Shown here: piece after piece, positions 62,760 to 64,000 of the stretch
Position numbering within the stretch: position 1 is the stretch's first letter
Layout of the letters: each line of letters begins with the position of its first letter
IMG/VR virus record: IMGVR_UViG_3300031452_000002
Origin: a virus
DNA: 64,000 nucleotides
Direction: 5' to 3' (one strand)
Translations under genes and position numbers: made by a program
The notes under the pieces: model-generated
The model's input: only the letters and a program-made list of their open reading frames with translations
What the model was told of the DNA's origin: nothing
The model's database searches: none

Positions 62760-62841
62760 GGGTGGTTGTCCTTTGCACTCATCTATGCGTGGCCGGGAGC
62801 GTGGATTAAGCACGCACCGGCCTTATTGTTAGTTGGTCGTG

Positions 62842-63048
62842 CTACTCGTCTACAAATTCCATGGTTTCGGCGTCGTATACCATCCCAAGAGAGGGCGGGA
62901 TACCGTGGGGCGTATCGAGTCGCCACCGTGCAATGGCCCATTCTCCGTATCCCCACGCCTTAATCCAAGCCAGTGCTCCATCTAAAGTTGTCGCCGCATA
63001 TGACGGCCAACTTTCATGTCGGTATGCGCTCACGACATAAATATCCAT
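62842..63048 (-). CDS. Hypothetical protein
   Basis: MDIYVVSAY; TAATG-coupled to the Arc-like gene. Confidence 0.5.
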   Translation of the reverse strand: MDIYVVSAYRHESWPSYAATTLDGALAWIKAWGYGEWAIARWRLDTPHGIPPSLGMVYDAETMEFVDE

Positions 63049-63221
63049 TACGGCTCCTCTCTTTGCGTGTATTTGGTTGTCTCGTGACGTACATGCGCGC
63101 GTATCGCCACTACAATCTCCTTGTTCAGCGAACGCTCGTTCCATGTCGCTACTTGACGCAGTGCTGCTTTCAGATCCGCAGGTAAACGCACACTGATAGG
63201 CTGCCCATTCTCTCGCTCCAT
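63048..63221 (-). CDS. Arc-like RHH repressor
   Basis: ISVRLPADLKAALRQVATWNERSLNKEIV; SD AGGAGG. Confidence 0.75.
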   Translation of the reverse strand: MERENGQPISVRLPADLKAALRQVATWNERSLNKEIVVAIRAHVRHETTKYTQREEP

Positions 63222-63239
63222 TCTCAACCTCCTGTATTT

Positions 63240-63268
63240 ATTATAACCCATAATGGATACAAATACAA
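63240..63268 (-). promoter_or_regulatory. Near-consensus sigma70 promoter
   Basis: TTGTAT-17 bp-TATAAT. Confidence 0.75.
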
Positions 63269-63287
63269 GTGATAGGCGGTGGGGAAT

Positions 63288-63497
63288 ATGAGGAAGCCAG
63301 CACCCGACTATTTCGCGGGCACGCACCCCATCTCGTGCGAGAAGTGCGGCGCCTCCTACGCCGCCAACCTCATGCTGATGATCGAGTCTACGGGCTGGCG
63401 GCAGTACGATGGCGGCGATACCCTCTGTTGGCTGTGCCGTACCTGCGATAAACAGGCCCGCGCCCTGATCGACACCTGGTTGACGAGCGAGAATTGA
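63288..63497 (+). CDS. Small Zn-finger protein
   Basis: CEKCG...LCWLC. Confidence 0.45.
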   Translation: MRKPAPDYFAGTHPISCEKCGASYAANLMLMIESTGWRQYDGGDTLCWLCRTCDKQARALIDTWLTSEN

Positions 63498-63599
63498 CGC
63501 GCGGCCCGCTGCCTAACTATTTATGACCAACTCTCGACTAGGTAGCGGGACGCGGCTACCCCTCCCTCTATTCACCTATTCCCACAAGGAGACACCCCT

Positions 63600-63977
63600 A
63601 TGCCTGCTATGGAAGACGCCCCTTTGGGCGGTACGCCCGTCGCCCTCGCCGTCACGGAGACCACCATCCTCGCCGTGCCCGCTACCGCCACGAACGGCGC
63701 GGAGTTGCGCACGATTGAGGTGTCCAACTCAGCGGCCGCCGCTGCCAACGTGACCATCCACATTGTGCCGTCCGGCGGCGCCGCCGGGGCCGGCAACGCC
63801 CTGCTGCAAGCGGCGGCGGTGCCCGCCAACGGCACCCTCTCGCTGGTGGGGCTGGAAGTTCCCGTCGCGGCGGGCGCGACCGTGTCCGGCTTTGGGTCGG
63901 CGGTCGGCCTCAACGCGACGCTCGGCGCGCTCTCCTACCCCTCGTCCGGCGCCGAGAGTACGCAAGTACAGTTTTAG
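63600..63977 (+). CDS. Probable virion structural protein
   Basis: SD AAGGAG; Ala/Val/Thr beta-rich; next ORF starts at 63980 and leaves the window. Confidence 0.55.
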   Translation: MPAMEDAPLGGTPVALAVTETTILAVPATATNGAELRTIEVSNSAAAAANVTIHIVPSGGAAGAGNALLQAAAVPANGTLSLVGLEVPVAAGATVSGFGSAVGLNATLGALSYPSSGAESTQVQF

Positions 63978-64000
63978 CCATGCCGAACCTAGACTTCCCC

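Overview
High-GC temperate phage genome segment, cut at both window edges. Left to right: a large serine integrase (minus strand, truncated at base 1) and a CI/Cro-like switch; early genes with three DNA methyltransferase classes; recombination and replication genes (Sak-like annealase, prim-pol, O-like initiator with five iterons, DnaC-like loader, DnaB, RNase H, RusA); an IS200/IS605-family tnpB element; a roughly 11 kb monoderm-type conjugation-like module (VirD4, pilin-like, PrgI/VirB3-like, VirB4, VirB6-like, surface protein) with no recognisable relaxase or second integrase; small genes behind a duplicated 73-bp promoter; then the packaging and head module (TerS, lambda gpA-like TerL, portal, protease/scaffold, Mu gpT-like capsid). 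The head module carries two free-standing endonuclease genes and minus-strand accessory cassettes. The main finding is the apparent phage/type IV secretion hybrid. Others include a 103-bp CTAG-flanked insertion that frameshifts the MT-A70 gene, five orphan IS605-type end hairpins, several long perfect palindromes and a possible TerS-TerL frame switch. All protein assignments come from motif recognition by eye, with no database search. The host is inferred to be a high-GC monoderm (Chloroflexota- or Actinomycetota-like), which is not demonstrated.
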